Assembly: GCA_032718475.1 (NCBI GenBank)
Contig: JAUCBJ010008205.1
Location: 1-64,000 of the forward strand
Reading direction: 5' to 3'
Source: Nemertoderma westbladi
Lineage: Eukaryota > Animalia > Xenacoelomorpha
Length of the DNA: 64,000 bases
Positions 49,101 through 60,659 of this stretch are shown here, one piece after another. Both the position numbers and the translations under genes were made by a program. The notes under the pieces were generated by a model. That model saw only the letters and a list, made by a program, of their open reading frames with translations. It was not told where the DNA came from and did not search any database. Position 1 is the first letter of the stretch; each line of letters starts with the position of its first letter.

Positions 49101-49867
49101 TGCCCCAATATGACGAACTTATCGAGGTAGTCGATATTTTGCCCCACGACAGTGGATTCCGAGTAGTGCGCGAGTATCTATTACAGATTCACCCGGATAA
49201 CAAAAACACGTGGAATTTTCCGAAAGTCGTTAATCGCATCACGTATGGTGAATTTGATCGTTTCCGAACTGAAAAGCGGAATAAAGGAGCTTGGTTAACC
49301 GTCGCATGGGCGTACCGAGCCGCGTTTTACCACAAACGTATACGAGCGAGCGTATTCGAAGAAGAGGAGGTCCTAGAGGCGACAAATATACCAGCCACTC
49401 CGGTTGCGCCGTCTGCACGTCACCCTCGGGAGGACGGACAGGGTAGGATCATACGGGTCCAGAAAGTGAGCCAACAATTAAAGAAGTCTATTAATATAGA
49501 AGAACGCAAGGGAGCTGAGCCGACCATTCGAATTACTCGGGATACGGTATCACTTCCTAGAGAACCAACAGGAGGATCGGGACACACACCAGCTGATCAA
49601 AAGGGGGCGCAAGCTACTCTTGGGTCTGCGTCGTCCGCTTCTCGCGCATTCCCAGACGTTCTACCAACTGTAGTGACAACTGATCGGTCACAAGGAATCG
49701 GTCGAGGTTTTGGGATGCCAAATAGACGAATTTGCGAGGAAATAGTCGCACCGTCTCTCAACGTCCAAACGAAACCAGTGACTCGCCCCACGAGTCCCAT
49801 ATCGCGAGCAAAGTCACCTGTGCGCAGTTTTCGAGGACGCGGCAGGGCTCGATCCACTAAGCGATAA
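46142..49867 (+). CDS. Extra ORF: DnaQ/DEDD (WRN/RNase D-like) 3'-5' exonuclease plus three CCHC zinc knuckles
   Basis: ExoI GYMFYDNEG (47537-47563), KTIQIRA..LHVF, ExoII ILDKTVVKIGSGVRED..YVDT, ExoIII-like QYYLAIE; knuckles CGKCGVAGHHMTNC, CGWYGDQGSHTFYTC (degenerate), CTYCNIKGHRASEC; basic RG-rich tail; no TM or signal peptide seen. Confidence 0.85.
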   Translation: MEKGIQGEPRWGYDIQEEAAAPFERFGAKDYTIFGIKELSESTAKLARTKYDSNVLKRRQNALNERIESLRKTFNELYPYDALCDTGDISKDPDTEISRLYHTMQYLKAHEPMPAVRDEFDGMHLYRRTRGDDRETKEAFSVYKLYYQCGSCMREQRNAIPMRLNKENPEPILARCSNHQQLRYQEGGYPLSNPYHSFAMTGPKVGETVIYPPKVVEPDVFELTLDEANQSTREKKEALSLYRAYKVFEKGEMEEWGGRLASLPYHWTSHDQTPAKEMTPEVFESINFAQNVIQKLQIASPERTREMQPYSTSTTKPLSTTLNFPISIPVRQDTTYEIPIVDHPEIISNLEFLPAVVFSDMSKIYDLRRHITQKVVYNVPPHIQDFKELDRAGADIAESNLKGYLTKTIRLWIRIGTFESDTDIAADWRGKVIRFEDDKDIEKIWQPSEELLDEWNRTFRSFQENGYMFYDNEGGSHQQSLTSKTIQIRAADGVLHVFSRQRSDKRMPIPPANTKRHHLITDIVKKMDQACNIDARMLPKMVRNMILDKTVVKIGSGVREDLISDFAGMTDSDDRLPTPYVDTRPLILWSIEQGYFREYNTQKTGTGYISYLLFNWDYKESKRTKYIETCGEGDTPDMSEFESQLKWRGCVYWAITSPPRAVLQYYLAIESSVNVCLIADIVSRTLKRHPLCLGEDHTFYMEGRIHTDVFRRFLEPFYNSDAQCNAFTRAGFSIFRDVYLRCAGSLIERPSMFTLLPYEGERIVEITEESRQTRAPIGHLGDDFEVTTTITDDPLEELLEIERNLPKKSQTEIRQLEATDAIVCIQPSETYQPIDPDDYDYSVGGSARLIGDLIYERVWYPANTMCGKCGVAGHHMTNCSGKHITTTQLICGWYGDQGSHTFYTCWRFMAQCTYCNIKGHRASECQLRDIPYEHESVKLVRKLFDEWEDLADEHVSAQRRRFPMRAHLGFWAVNPQTMMSEGYISAMPQYDELIEVVDILPHDSGFRVVREYLLQIHPDNKNTWNFPKVVNRITYGEFDRFRTEKRNKGAWLTVAWAYRAAFYHKRIRASVFEEEEVLEATNIPATPVAPSARHPREDGQGRIIRVQKVSQQLKKSINIEERKGAEPTIRITRDTVSLPREPTGGSGHTPADQKGAQATLGSASSASRAFPDVLPTVVTTDRSQGIGRGFGMPNRRICEEIVAPSLNVQTKPVTRPTSPISRAKSPVRSFRGRGRARSTKR

Positions 49868-50679
49868 AAGGGAGGGTAAGGGTGGACGGAAGACTCGTGA
49901 GCCTTTCTTGTGAATTTGTGATTTATTTGAATTATATGTTTTATATTTAGTAAGTTTTGTATTCTGGAAAACTCATATTTAGTAAGAATTATATTTAGTA
50001 AGATTTATATTTAGTAAGATTTATATTTAGAAGGAAGTTATATTTTGCAAGATTTATATTTTATATTTGTGATTATTCCGAACTTATGCAATTTATATTG
50101 TTCCGAATATTATGCAATTTATATCTTATAAGCAGTATTCGTATTTACAGTGAAATAGAAAGTAAGAGTAGATGGAAGACTCGTGGGCCTTTCTTATAGT
50201 TTCATTTGTAAAGTGTTATATTTTGTAAGTTTTATAGTTAGTAAGTTTTGTGCTTAGAAAGACTCATATTTGTAATTATTCCGAACTTATGCAATCTACA
50301 TTTAGGCACGAAAGTATTTGTAATTATTTGAATTTATGCAATATTTGAGATGCAATAGTAGATGGAAGACTCGCGAGCCTTTCTTATTGTTTTCATTTAT
50401 TTGTATTTGTAATTGTTTGAATTTATGCAATATTGAGATGCAATAGATTTATATTGGTGAATTTAATTTAGATTTATATTGTACTTACTTAGTAAAGCCT
50501 TAAATACGTAAAGTTTGAATTTGTAATTACTTTTGTATCGAATCATTATGTAGAAAGGAAGTATTGTTTGAAATTTAATTGTAAATATGTAAGTACGCCC
50601 TAAGTATTCTATAGTTTGATTGATTATTGGTGAAAACCGTATATTTTATGCACGATAATATCCTGTTTTCATGGAGCGG

Positions 50680-52574
50680 TATAGAATTATATTCCCTAAA
50701 TGCCGTGGATTTTCAAAATTTTATTTTATTCGAATTAACTTTGCTAAAAGATTACTTTGAGTCCTCATTTGTATTTGTTTATCTATTGTACGATGTTTAG
50801 TCAAGTGGTTCAGTAGCTCAGTCGGTAGAGCGTTGGAAATTATATATGTAGTAGGTATTGAGTTCGAATCCTAGTAAGTGCGAATTATTTTTTGTGCAGA
50901 ATTTCAACTCATTTAAATTGACCGCTACAAATTAAATTGCATTTGTTTGTACCTAGATTAACCAATGAGACTGTAGTTATTTGATTGTAACCAATGTCGT
51001 ACAAGTTATATATTAGCTGGACCAATAGCTATCTTTAAAAACCTGTTAGAACCTATAGAACAATCGAGAATTTTCTCGATTGATTGCAGCACAAATTTGC
51101 TATATAAAGGTGCGATTTGTTCATTAGTTCACCTAATTCTTCTTGATTCACTATCTTACATTGTTTATTGTATAATAGTTATTATCTGATTTTGTAATAA
51201 AAGTTAGAAATACTTGTCACATCTGCCCTTTTCTATCTGTTTTATCATGCTTCACCACGGTGAACCCAGCTAAGGGACAGGATGGCCGGCTAGAGATTGG
51301 GCCGCAGCAATGAACGGGAACATCAAGGGAATGTAGACAGGAGACAACCCGCAATACCATCTTAGTTATTCGCCCATCGCCTGAAAGGTTAGACAGCGTT
51401 CGATTCCTTGCTACCTAAGCGTAAGACCAAAGATCAAAGGTAGAAGTAGTGACACGCTGTACGCCTAAAATTACATCTTAGTGACTGTACCGTTTTAATT
51501 CAGGAAAAAACCGCAGTAGACCTTCACATTCCTACGGGGGGGGGGGGGGGGGGGGGGGAGAGAGAGCAGGCAGAGATACTAGTACGCAGATAGGACGTAG
51601 GCACACTGGTACAAAGCATACACATTGGTAGGGTGCAGCAAACTGTACGCCTAACTCTTGCTAAATACAGGTGCGTTCGCGACTATTTGTAGTACAACAG
51701 TGTCCATTGCATCAGAACTTGTAGGCTAGGAGGGTTGCTGTGTTTCACCTGAATTAGGATTGTACCGTTCAGGCGGTAGGGCAGTTTACGACTAGGCGCA
51801 AATAAATTGAGGCTATTAGGGATATACTAACATCTACCGTGTCCCCGCCAATGTCCTGATAGGAAGTTACCCAGCCTACCTAGGTGACTAAAATTCTAGA
51901 TAAGAGCCAGGATAGCTATTTGTAACTGTACGCCTACAGTAGTAAACTAACACATTTCTTCTTAGTATTAGGGACCTGGTACCTAAAATTGCCGAATTCT
52001 GGGCGTAGCATTAACTTTATGCCTGAATTTGAGTCCTGGAAATACGCAAGAGGGGAAGGAGCCTTATTATTCGTGAGTATTGGCCCTACAAGTTACAAAA
52101 TTAGAATATTTGTAAAATGCACACCGTACCCAGTAATTATATATGTGAAGGAGCAAAACTGATCTTGACGGTTCAGAATTAACACACGCGCGTTAGAAAT
52201 TATTTACACCTCAAAATATATAAAATTAACTTTCGTCCTTACTGCACTTTGCCCGCTAGTTAGACATCCCCAAATCTCTGCACCTAGCTAGCGTCCCTTT
52301 CGCCCAACCATATAAATCACACCGCGGCAAAGTATACGAGCCCCTTAGTCCGTCAGTGAGTCAGCCTGATTTTAGGATTCGCTGCGCGGGATTTTGTTTT
52401 ATCGAAGTTTGTCTGCTCGTAGACTGTTTTCTGCCTCACCGGTTATAAGAGATCGATACTGCAATATATTCGCTTACTTAGAGTTTACTGTTTTGGTGAG
52501 AAGGTCGGATTTATGATTTGATTCACAAACTTTACAGTAAGATATTGCAGGTATTGTTACTGTCTCTTCTAATA
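50680..52574 (+). repeat. 3' LTR (1895 bp)
   Basis: Direct repeat of 36321-38209, preceded by a short PPT-like ATGGAGCGG. Confidence 0.97.
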
Positions 52575-53254
52575 CTTACTGTATGTCATATTAGTTTATT
52601 TGTATTTATCTGTATTTATTAGTACTCAACAATATATCATATATTATGATTTACAACGTATTAGTTTATTTGTTTAGTTATTTATTTATCATATATTCAT
52701 CGTATCCATGTATTCACATCGTCACATTTTGTTATCATGTATTCATCGTCACATTAGTACTTGACTTTACATTAATTTATTTGTATTGACTATAGTTATT
52801 TGTATTACTAGTAACTATATATTCATCATCACATCCTGTATTATTTTAGGAACATAGTTTATATCTGCACATAATGTCAGTACATTGCAATTAGTAAATT
52901 TATAAGTAAGGTCTTTGTTCACACTACATTCTCCTTATATATATTTCCCGTTTATAATCTTCATTTGAACTGATCCCTTTATAAATTGTTTATTTATAGT
53001 AATACAGTATGTTTTAGTACCTAGAAGGTGAATTAACTGTTTATTATATTATTGTTTGTACTGTTCCTTAAGTAGTCAATTATATACACACATGCATACA
53101 TACATACATATGGGATCAATTCAATACAAAGTGAACCCCAATTAACACTCATGCAATCATATAAGAGTTGTCAATAATTCTAAATGATATATTTGACTGT
53201 AATATTATATATATGTATTGAGTACATTTATTATGACCACATCCTTAAACTAAC

Positions 53255-53463
53255 CCTAATATCAATGACTAGGTTGTAATCTTTTAGAATATCATCTCTT
53301 GCATTGATCTCTGCCAGTCCGAATTCGACGCCATCTGACACGGATTTGGAACTCCAGACGTCTCCAGACATAGATATCAGCCCTCCCAACCTCACTTCGG
53401 ACTTTTCTCCGCTTGTACATAATATATTGTAAATCTTTAGCAGTATGTGAGTGAGACACATAA
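53255..53463 (-). CDS. Duplicate class C GPCR/GABA-B-like exon
   Basis: Same as 31972-32180 with one Y>S change (GGLISMSG). Confidence 0.75.
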
Positions 53464-53761
53464 TATTATTAATTGTAAACATCATTGGGAGATGATGAAA
53501 CAAATTTGATAGAATTTATTAACTATGAACTTCCTAGCTAATAATAAGTTCAGGTTATCATCAGAATAGCTTTTTCATGCAAAACAGAGTTATCCAATGA
53601 AATATGCATTCCCAAAACAACCAATGAGATTCGGGATATGTGGAACAGTCCTCTGTCCAAACACTCAAAGGCTCGAAATCATAACAACTGCTGAAGTAGG
53701 CCTTCTTACTAAACAGTACCCACTGTATTAACCTAATTATTTAAGGTAGGTGCTAAAATAC

Positions 53762-54252
53762 ACAACGATCAACAAAGAACAAAAATGACCAGCAATGAGC
53801 AACAACGAGCAACAACGAGCAACAACGAGCAACAATGAGCAACAACGAGCAACAATGAGCAACAACAAACAACAATGAGCAACAACGAGCAGTAATGAAG
53901 TACAACAACGAGCAACAATGAGCAATAACGATCAACAACGAGCAACAATGGGCAATAACGATCAACAACGAGCAACAATGAGCAACAACGAGCAACAATG
54001 AGCAATAACGATAAACAACGAGCAACAATGAGCAACAACGAGCAACAATGAGCAATAACGATTAACAACGAGCAACACTGACTAATAACGAGCAACAATG
54101 AGCAATAACGAGCAACAATGAGCAATAACGATTAACAACGAGCAACAATGAGCAACAACGAGCAACAATGAGCAATAACGATTAACAACGAGCAACACTG
54201 ACTAATAACGAGCAGTAATAAAGTACAACAACGAGCAACAATGACAACAGCA
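53762..54252. repeat. 10-bp minisatellite, duplicate copy
   Basis: (CAACAA[C/T]GAG)n. Confidence 0.95.
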
Positions 54253-54918
54253 ACATGTCATATATTTCATATATTTCATATAACTGAACTTATACTCATA
54301 CTGAACTTTTAAAACAATATCAATGCAATATGGTGGTAATAATAAAGTTGTGTAGAAACTGTAGAGGCAATTATATTTACGGCTTGTTATATTTTATGGC
54401 TTGGGCAAAGTACATTCTATAGACTTGTATATTGTATGTAATTAGTACATTATTTGTTCACGATCATTCAGGTGAAGAGAGTTTTATTCTGTTTGTATAC
54501 TGTCTAACATAAAGGGTTGGTTTTAGTTTTTGTTATTAACAAGTTTTGTAAGTAGAAAAAGGAGTAATATGTCTTCACATTCAATTTGTGGAAATTACAT
54601 TTTCACAACATTTGGAGCCCGATAAAATATACAAAAGAAAATACATTAATATGTATAATTACTTGTGTAATAATCAATTGTAAGTCAAAAACTCAAACAT
54701 GTTTGTCGATACTGTATAACCGCAAAGGGAAAGTCAACAGGCAACCCCATTAATCAAAAGGGTATTTCATCACGCAAAGACGATGATGCCTGATCCAAAA
54801 CCGAGTTGACCAACAACAGCGGGAACCAATGGCAAGAAATTAACAAAACTCGCTAATACAAGAAGCGCCTATCGACAACAAGCAACAAACGCAATCAAAG
54901 ATGTTGGATATATCAATG

Positions 54919-56820
54919 TGTGATATACGCGTAGCGTGTATTAGACTGATCTGAATATATAGGCCGGCTACCAGTTTGACGGCAGTCTGGTTAGATTGGA
55001 CTGGCAGAACCGTTCCATCATTACATATGGCGCAGTTTCAGTACTTACCTACTTGCCCATGCAGTACTGCACTTTGTACTCGGCCTAACTCACTACTCTG
55101 CAATTGCTACCGCACTTTATTACCTTAATAAATAATATCGGCAATTAATATCAATATGGCAAGAGCAAATGACAACCGCGACCCATTCTCCTTCATTCTA
55201 CGAAACTTGCCACCCCCATTCGACCTGGAATCGGAACGCTCCACCTGGGAGCTGTGGTGAGATGAGTGGGACACTTTCCTCGTCACCTCTGGACTTGGAA
55301 ACTTGCGCGTCACTGACTCAGCCGATCCACCTGACCAAACCATATCGGCAGCTCTTCTAGCGGCAACAAACCGCATAAGGCGGGCAACTCTGACCACCGC
55401 CTTCTCCCACGCAACGAACGCAGTCGTCAAGGGTTTGGGCCTGTCCGCCATCGACAACACAGACACTGATGTTATCATCTAACATCTCGGCGTCCATATC
55501 GACGGCGGGACCAATAAACGCGTCCACCAGCAGGAACTGGCACGCCGATCCTGCCTACTTGAGGAAACTCCGGAGACATTCCTGGTTAACTTCCGGGATA
55601 TCGCTTCGAAATGCGGATTCGAGGCACTCCCGACTCCGGATGCCCATCGCAACGACAGACTGCTCGACCAATTTATCGCCGGCTTCGGCTATAAAGAGGT
55701 TACTGAGCACCTACTCCGGCGCCTCGCAGGAAGTTCGATCACCGGCGCCCTCAACCTCGCCCAAACCGTGTGGACCGTGCGGAAGGATGCAGCCTCACTC
55801 TCCTTCTCCTCCACACCAGCACCTATGGCAGCTAAGGCGGAGGCAAGGTCGGATAAACGACGGAAAGGGAACCGGAGCCCTCGACAGAGACAGAGCTTAC
55901 TACCCCATCCAAAGCTACAATTACCACACCTACTGTAGACCGTGATATAGCTTGGCGGGCCCTGGAAACCCGCTTCCCGCACCCCCTGTAAGGTGTCTGC
56001 AGGGTGATGAAGGGTGGGGACATTACTATCAAACTCACTCTGCGCGCGAAACCTAAAAACTCATACGTCAATAGGGCCATCCCAGCGAACCTGGAGGAGG
56101 CTTTCAACAGGGAACTGGACGAACCGAACAGGTGGCCATGGGGATTCTAGAACCAGCCAACGACGAAAACTGCCCCAGTGACTAGCTGAGCCCCATGGTT
56201 ATTACCCGTAAAAAAGACGGCGAATCGGTCCGAATTACCGTCGACCTCCGGGAACTCAACGTGAACATCGTCCGCCCAACCTACTTCTCCCCATCCCCGT
56301 TCTATGTCGTTTTGCGGATCCTGCCCACCGCCGGTGTATTCACCGTTATAGACGGATTAAAGGGGTTCCACCAGGTCAACTTGGACTGGAGTTGGGGTCT
56401 TACAACATTCATCACACCGCGAGGCCACTACCGCTACTGCCGCATGCCCATGGGCTGGCACGGCAGCTCGGATGTTTTTAATGCCCGCATGGCCCAGGCA
56501 CTCCAGGGGATCCCCAACATCGGCCGCATTGTGGATGACATTATAATTTACACGGAAACGGCGGAGGAACACGAGGCGGATATATCCTTAAACCCGAAGA
56601 AGTTGCAGTTCTGCCTTCCAGAGGTTAAATTCAGTGGATATATCATCTCCAAAGTGCAATACCGCATCGACCCAGACCTCTCCGAGGACCTCCGCCAATT
56701 CCCGGTCCCCACGAACCGACACCAACTACGGTCGTTCCTCGGCCTAGCCCAACAGTTGGGCAACTCCACGGCCGAGATCACCTGCCTCGTGGAACCACTA
56801 CGTGGGTTGAACTCAAGCTG
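54919..56820 (+). mobile_element. Decayed Ty3/Gypsy element, copy B (longer RT)
   Basis: Same as copy A but continues through IVDDIII, LNPKKLQF and QLRSFLGLA. Confidence 0.88.
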
Positions 56821-56889
56821 CACAAAAAGCGAAATACTGATAAGAAAAAAAAACAAATGCAACCAATTAATGAGTCTCGCTGCCTGAGA

Positions 56890-59800
56890 GTCAGTCAGTC
56901 CATATCAGTTTATCTTGAGGGGAACGAAACCAGCCAGAGGGCCTGACGAGATGTGTCCATTGACCCAGACGTCCGCTGCCGGCCACCAGGATGGACTTGG
57001 GTGACATTACCGAGAAGCCATATGGACCGCGGTTTGAGGGGGTGTCTACTATGATGATGTCCCCGCTCTCGACCCTGGGCGGATGTATCTGTTTCCGGTG
57101 CCAGAATCGCAAGGTAGGGAGGTATTCGGAGGTCCAGCGCGACCAAATAGCCTCAGAGGCAGCCACAGATCGGCGCCAGCTGCGATGCAGTGCAGTGCAT
57201 TCGCGGATTGGCATGATGAAGTCGATAAGGATCCCTCATAGTCTTTAGGCTCTCCCCTTAGCAGATGGGGTTTGTTTACCTCCTCTTGTGGAAGTCCATG
57301 GAGGCGCGGCTCAGTAGGTCAGTGAGGGTCTCCCTGAGATGGTTCAATTCGGCCATGGTGTCTCCCCCTAGGACCACGTCATCGACGTAGAGACTGGCTA
57401 GGAGACAAGAGAAGGTGTGCGGTTCAATGGCTGGAGAGTCAATGACTAAGGGGGTCAATGACTGAGGGATCACCGACCGGGGTCGCATCAGTAGACGAGC
57501 TTGGCAGCGCTGGGGCTGAAGCAGCATCCGAGGGCAGGCTGAACAGGACTCGCAAGGTAGACTGGAGGGTGCTCAGGGAGCAGTTGAGTCCAAACGGAAG
57601 GCGAACGAAGTAGCTCACGACCTCCCCCTCCTCATCTCGCCACTGTATGCAGAGGTACACACGGTCTGGGTTGGCGATAGAGATCTGGTGGAACGCTTTG
57701 ACAATGTCCCCTATGGCCATACAGGGGTAGACTCGGAATCACAGGGCGACGTTGAAGGTTCGGACCTGTCTTCAGACAGTCATTGATGGACAGGCCGTTG
57801 GGGGACTTTTGGGTGCCGTCGAAGACAATTTGTGTCTTCCCATGCTGCACCACGGCATGGTGCGGCAAGAAGTAAGCAGTGGGGGGTGGAGACGAGAGTT
57901 TATCGGCGTACCCCAGTGACTCAAGCTGCTGGAGTACTTCGAGATGGTTGGGAGTGAGTCGGCGCATGGGGACTCGACTATAGTTACTCATTGGGCAGCC
58001 CCCAATACTGGACAAAACTGGAAACAACCCCCAATAAGGCGTGGGTGGACAAAGGAGACTGAGGCTTCGTCGTCAGTCTCGGGCATAATTCCGATGGTCT
58101 CCAGGTCCCATGGGACATCCACCCCCCTGGTACAGATGCGGAGAGTTTCGGTTTCGTAGAGGAACGTCGTCCTAGAAGAGTCCAACCAAAGATTGTGTTC
58201 TGCGCCTTCACCCCATCCTCGACCATTATTCCAGGGAGGAGAATACGTGGGAGGAGATCTGCGCCAAGCAGGAAGTCGGTAGGACGGACAGCTGAGGGGT
58301 CAGGGTCCACAAGGTCATTCGTGAGCCAGTCAGTGGCTCTAGATTCTGTGGCCCTGGGGGGAACAGATAGTGTCGACTACCCAGGTGGTCATGCCGAGGA
58401 AAGAGTTGCCCTTGCTGAGCAGAAGGTCCACCTGGCAGCAATCCAGGGTGGATGAGACAATGCCACCGAATGCCTTGGAGGCAAAGGAAGCCATTTCCCG
58501 GACTCTCAGCCCGAGAAGGGAAGCGAGCTCGGAAGTTATATAAGACTCCTCCAAGCCGGTGTCGAGGAGATGTCTGATCCTCCTAGTAGTAGTTCGTTCG
58601 GTGGTGGTCGCTCGCGGTCACCACGGCAGTCTGCAGGTGGGCGGTTTCCATTCGCAGGCAAGCCACGGTAGTCTTCACTGGAAGGGGTCGGAATTCGGGC
58701 ACCGAGGGATCCATGGGAGGATGTGACGATGCAGAGTGGGCTATTTGGCGTCCACCCGATGGGGCGAACAAGCCAACTCTAGAGAATCCCCATGCGGGGA
58801 AGTAAGCTCGTGGTGAAGGAGTCCGTGGTGCTTCTGAGAGCAAGTCCTGCAGTTAGGCGGTTGGGGGCCGTTGGAAACGTAGTGGCCCGACACCAGGTAG
58901 TTAGTACAAAGATTCTGTGATCGAACGGCCACAAGTTGATCTCCAGGTGGAGTGTCGTTAATCCTAGGGGGGTGCAGCGTTTTGAAAGAGAAGGTAAGCG
59001 AAGGTTTGCGTGCAGATGGTTTGGGGTTCGTAGATGGGTGGTCGGCGCGTCTAGGCAGTTCACCCGACCGTCGATACGATTCCAGGCCCTCCAGTTCGGT
59101 CTTTAGGAAATCTAGTAATGCTTCCAGGTTATGACGTCCCATAGGCTCGGCGTTCCACTCCAGGACGATCGATTTGGGCAGCTTTGAGAGCAGCTGCGGT
59201 GCCAGGAGGAGCCCAGCTAGCTTCGTAGAGAAGGCACATGGGGCTCGGTCCCCCTTGAGTCCGGTTTTCTCTACTTCTTCGAAGAGAGACTCTAACTCCC
59301 GAATGGAGGAAGATAAGGTGTCCAGTCCACTAAAGTTTGTAACTGGTCTGGGTTGTTGGTCGCGACCGCTGGGGCGTTCACAATCTGCTGGCTGTAGAGT
59401 GCGATCAGAACGTTCGGTTGCCCGAACCGCAAAATCATTTCCTTAGTGGCTACAGCATAGGCTCTGCCACCACACTTGATGCCCTGCACGGCGGCGAGAG
59501 CAGGACCCCGGAGACAGTTCTTTAGATAGACGAACTTGGCAGCAGGTTAAACAGTAGACTTATCGAAGTCGACGAGCGCGATGAACTGGTCGTGGAACTG
59601 TCTCCAATCCAGGGGATCACCAGAGAACATGGAGAGAGACAGTTTCAGGAGAGTCGAAGCTGGCAGAAGGGTTTCAACACCAGAAGTAGAGGGCGCAACT
59701 GAGTCGCAATCAGCGGGAGAAGGCGGGTCGTCGACAGAGAGCAGCCCTCAAAGCTGATCGAGGTGGAGTTCGGCCTCAATCGAAAAGTGCGGTCCTGTTA

Positions 59801-60170
59801 CGACTCCATCTCATCGGAAAGAAGTTCGGCGGCCTCTTCATCAACAAGCTTGAAGCGCAGCTCGAAGATCCAGAGGAGGGTTGCTTTCCGTTCCTGCAAG
59901 CGAGTAGAGTTGAGGGTGACATGCGCCTTCAGTTCGTCCATAGTTGGGTTGAGAGCACAGATCTCCCGAATCTGTGCTGTAATCGCACCCTTAGTGGGTT
60001 TCTTCTGACCCCTCAGAGTAGACTCAGCAAAGTTCTCCAAAGGTAAAAGGTATCCGGTTCGAAGTGTGGCAGACTTGGGCTAGGCGGGGAAGTATCGCGT
60101 TGCGATATCTGAGTTTATGTAGGCCTAGGCCTTTGAAATGCCTGAATGAAAGTTGAATAGAAGGAGCCCA
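56890..60170 (-). mobile_element. Decayed, internally deleted BEL/Pao element
   Basis: Gag FSGDPLDWRQF, knuckle ending HHGLLH, PR LLDTG..SYIT, RT YFLPHHAVV/GDIVKAFHQI/LYVDD, IN tail WSRWTSEYLPTL; many frameshifts. Confidence 0.88.
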
Positions 60171-60659
60171 TTGCCGTAGGGTATCGCAATACAGTGACAG
60201 CACCTAGGAAGTTGAATGGAAGTAGTCATAAAACGTTAAGAGAAATTCAGGAGAAATATAAATTGACTTCTTATTAACCAATAAGTACAGAAAAGATTAT
60301 AACAAAAATCACAAAATAAATACCGAAACTTATCCTAAATTTAGTAGCAGGTTTTGTACAAGAAGCTAGAATTTTGACTAAGAAGTGAAGAAATGATGCA
60401 TGCAGGGGCTTTAAATACCCCTGCATACTGCTTCATGATTGGTGTAATGTTTCGATCCACTTTAGGTGAATCGAACAGCTATTGGGCAGAATGCCAAGGG
60501 AAACGTTTGAGAACCTTTACGTTTCGATCCGATTATTCCGCTAGAGGGAAAGGGATCGAAACGTACAGATATAGTATAGCTATAGTGCTCTACAGCAGAA
60601 ACATATTTGGAGGCCGCAATGAAGAAAGTAATAAGGAAAGACAAGTGCTGGTCCCTAGC

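Larger units (their letters stand above)
36321..52574 (+). mobile_element. Near-intact BEL/Pao LTR retrotransposon with extra exonuclease ORF, 16254 bp
   Basis: Two ~1.9 kb direct LTRs; TSD CTTAC (36316-36320, 52575-52579); gag-PR-RT-RH-IN order with BEL motifs; empty site at 31281-31300. Confidence 0.97.

Noticed and set aside
46142-49867. env gene
   Set aside because: No signal peptide, TM segment or fusion-protein pattern; exonuclease and CCHC motifs are present instead.
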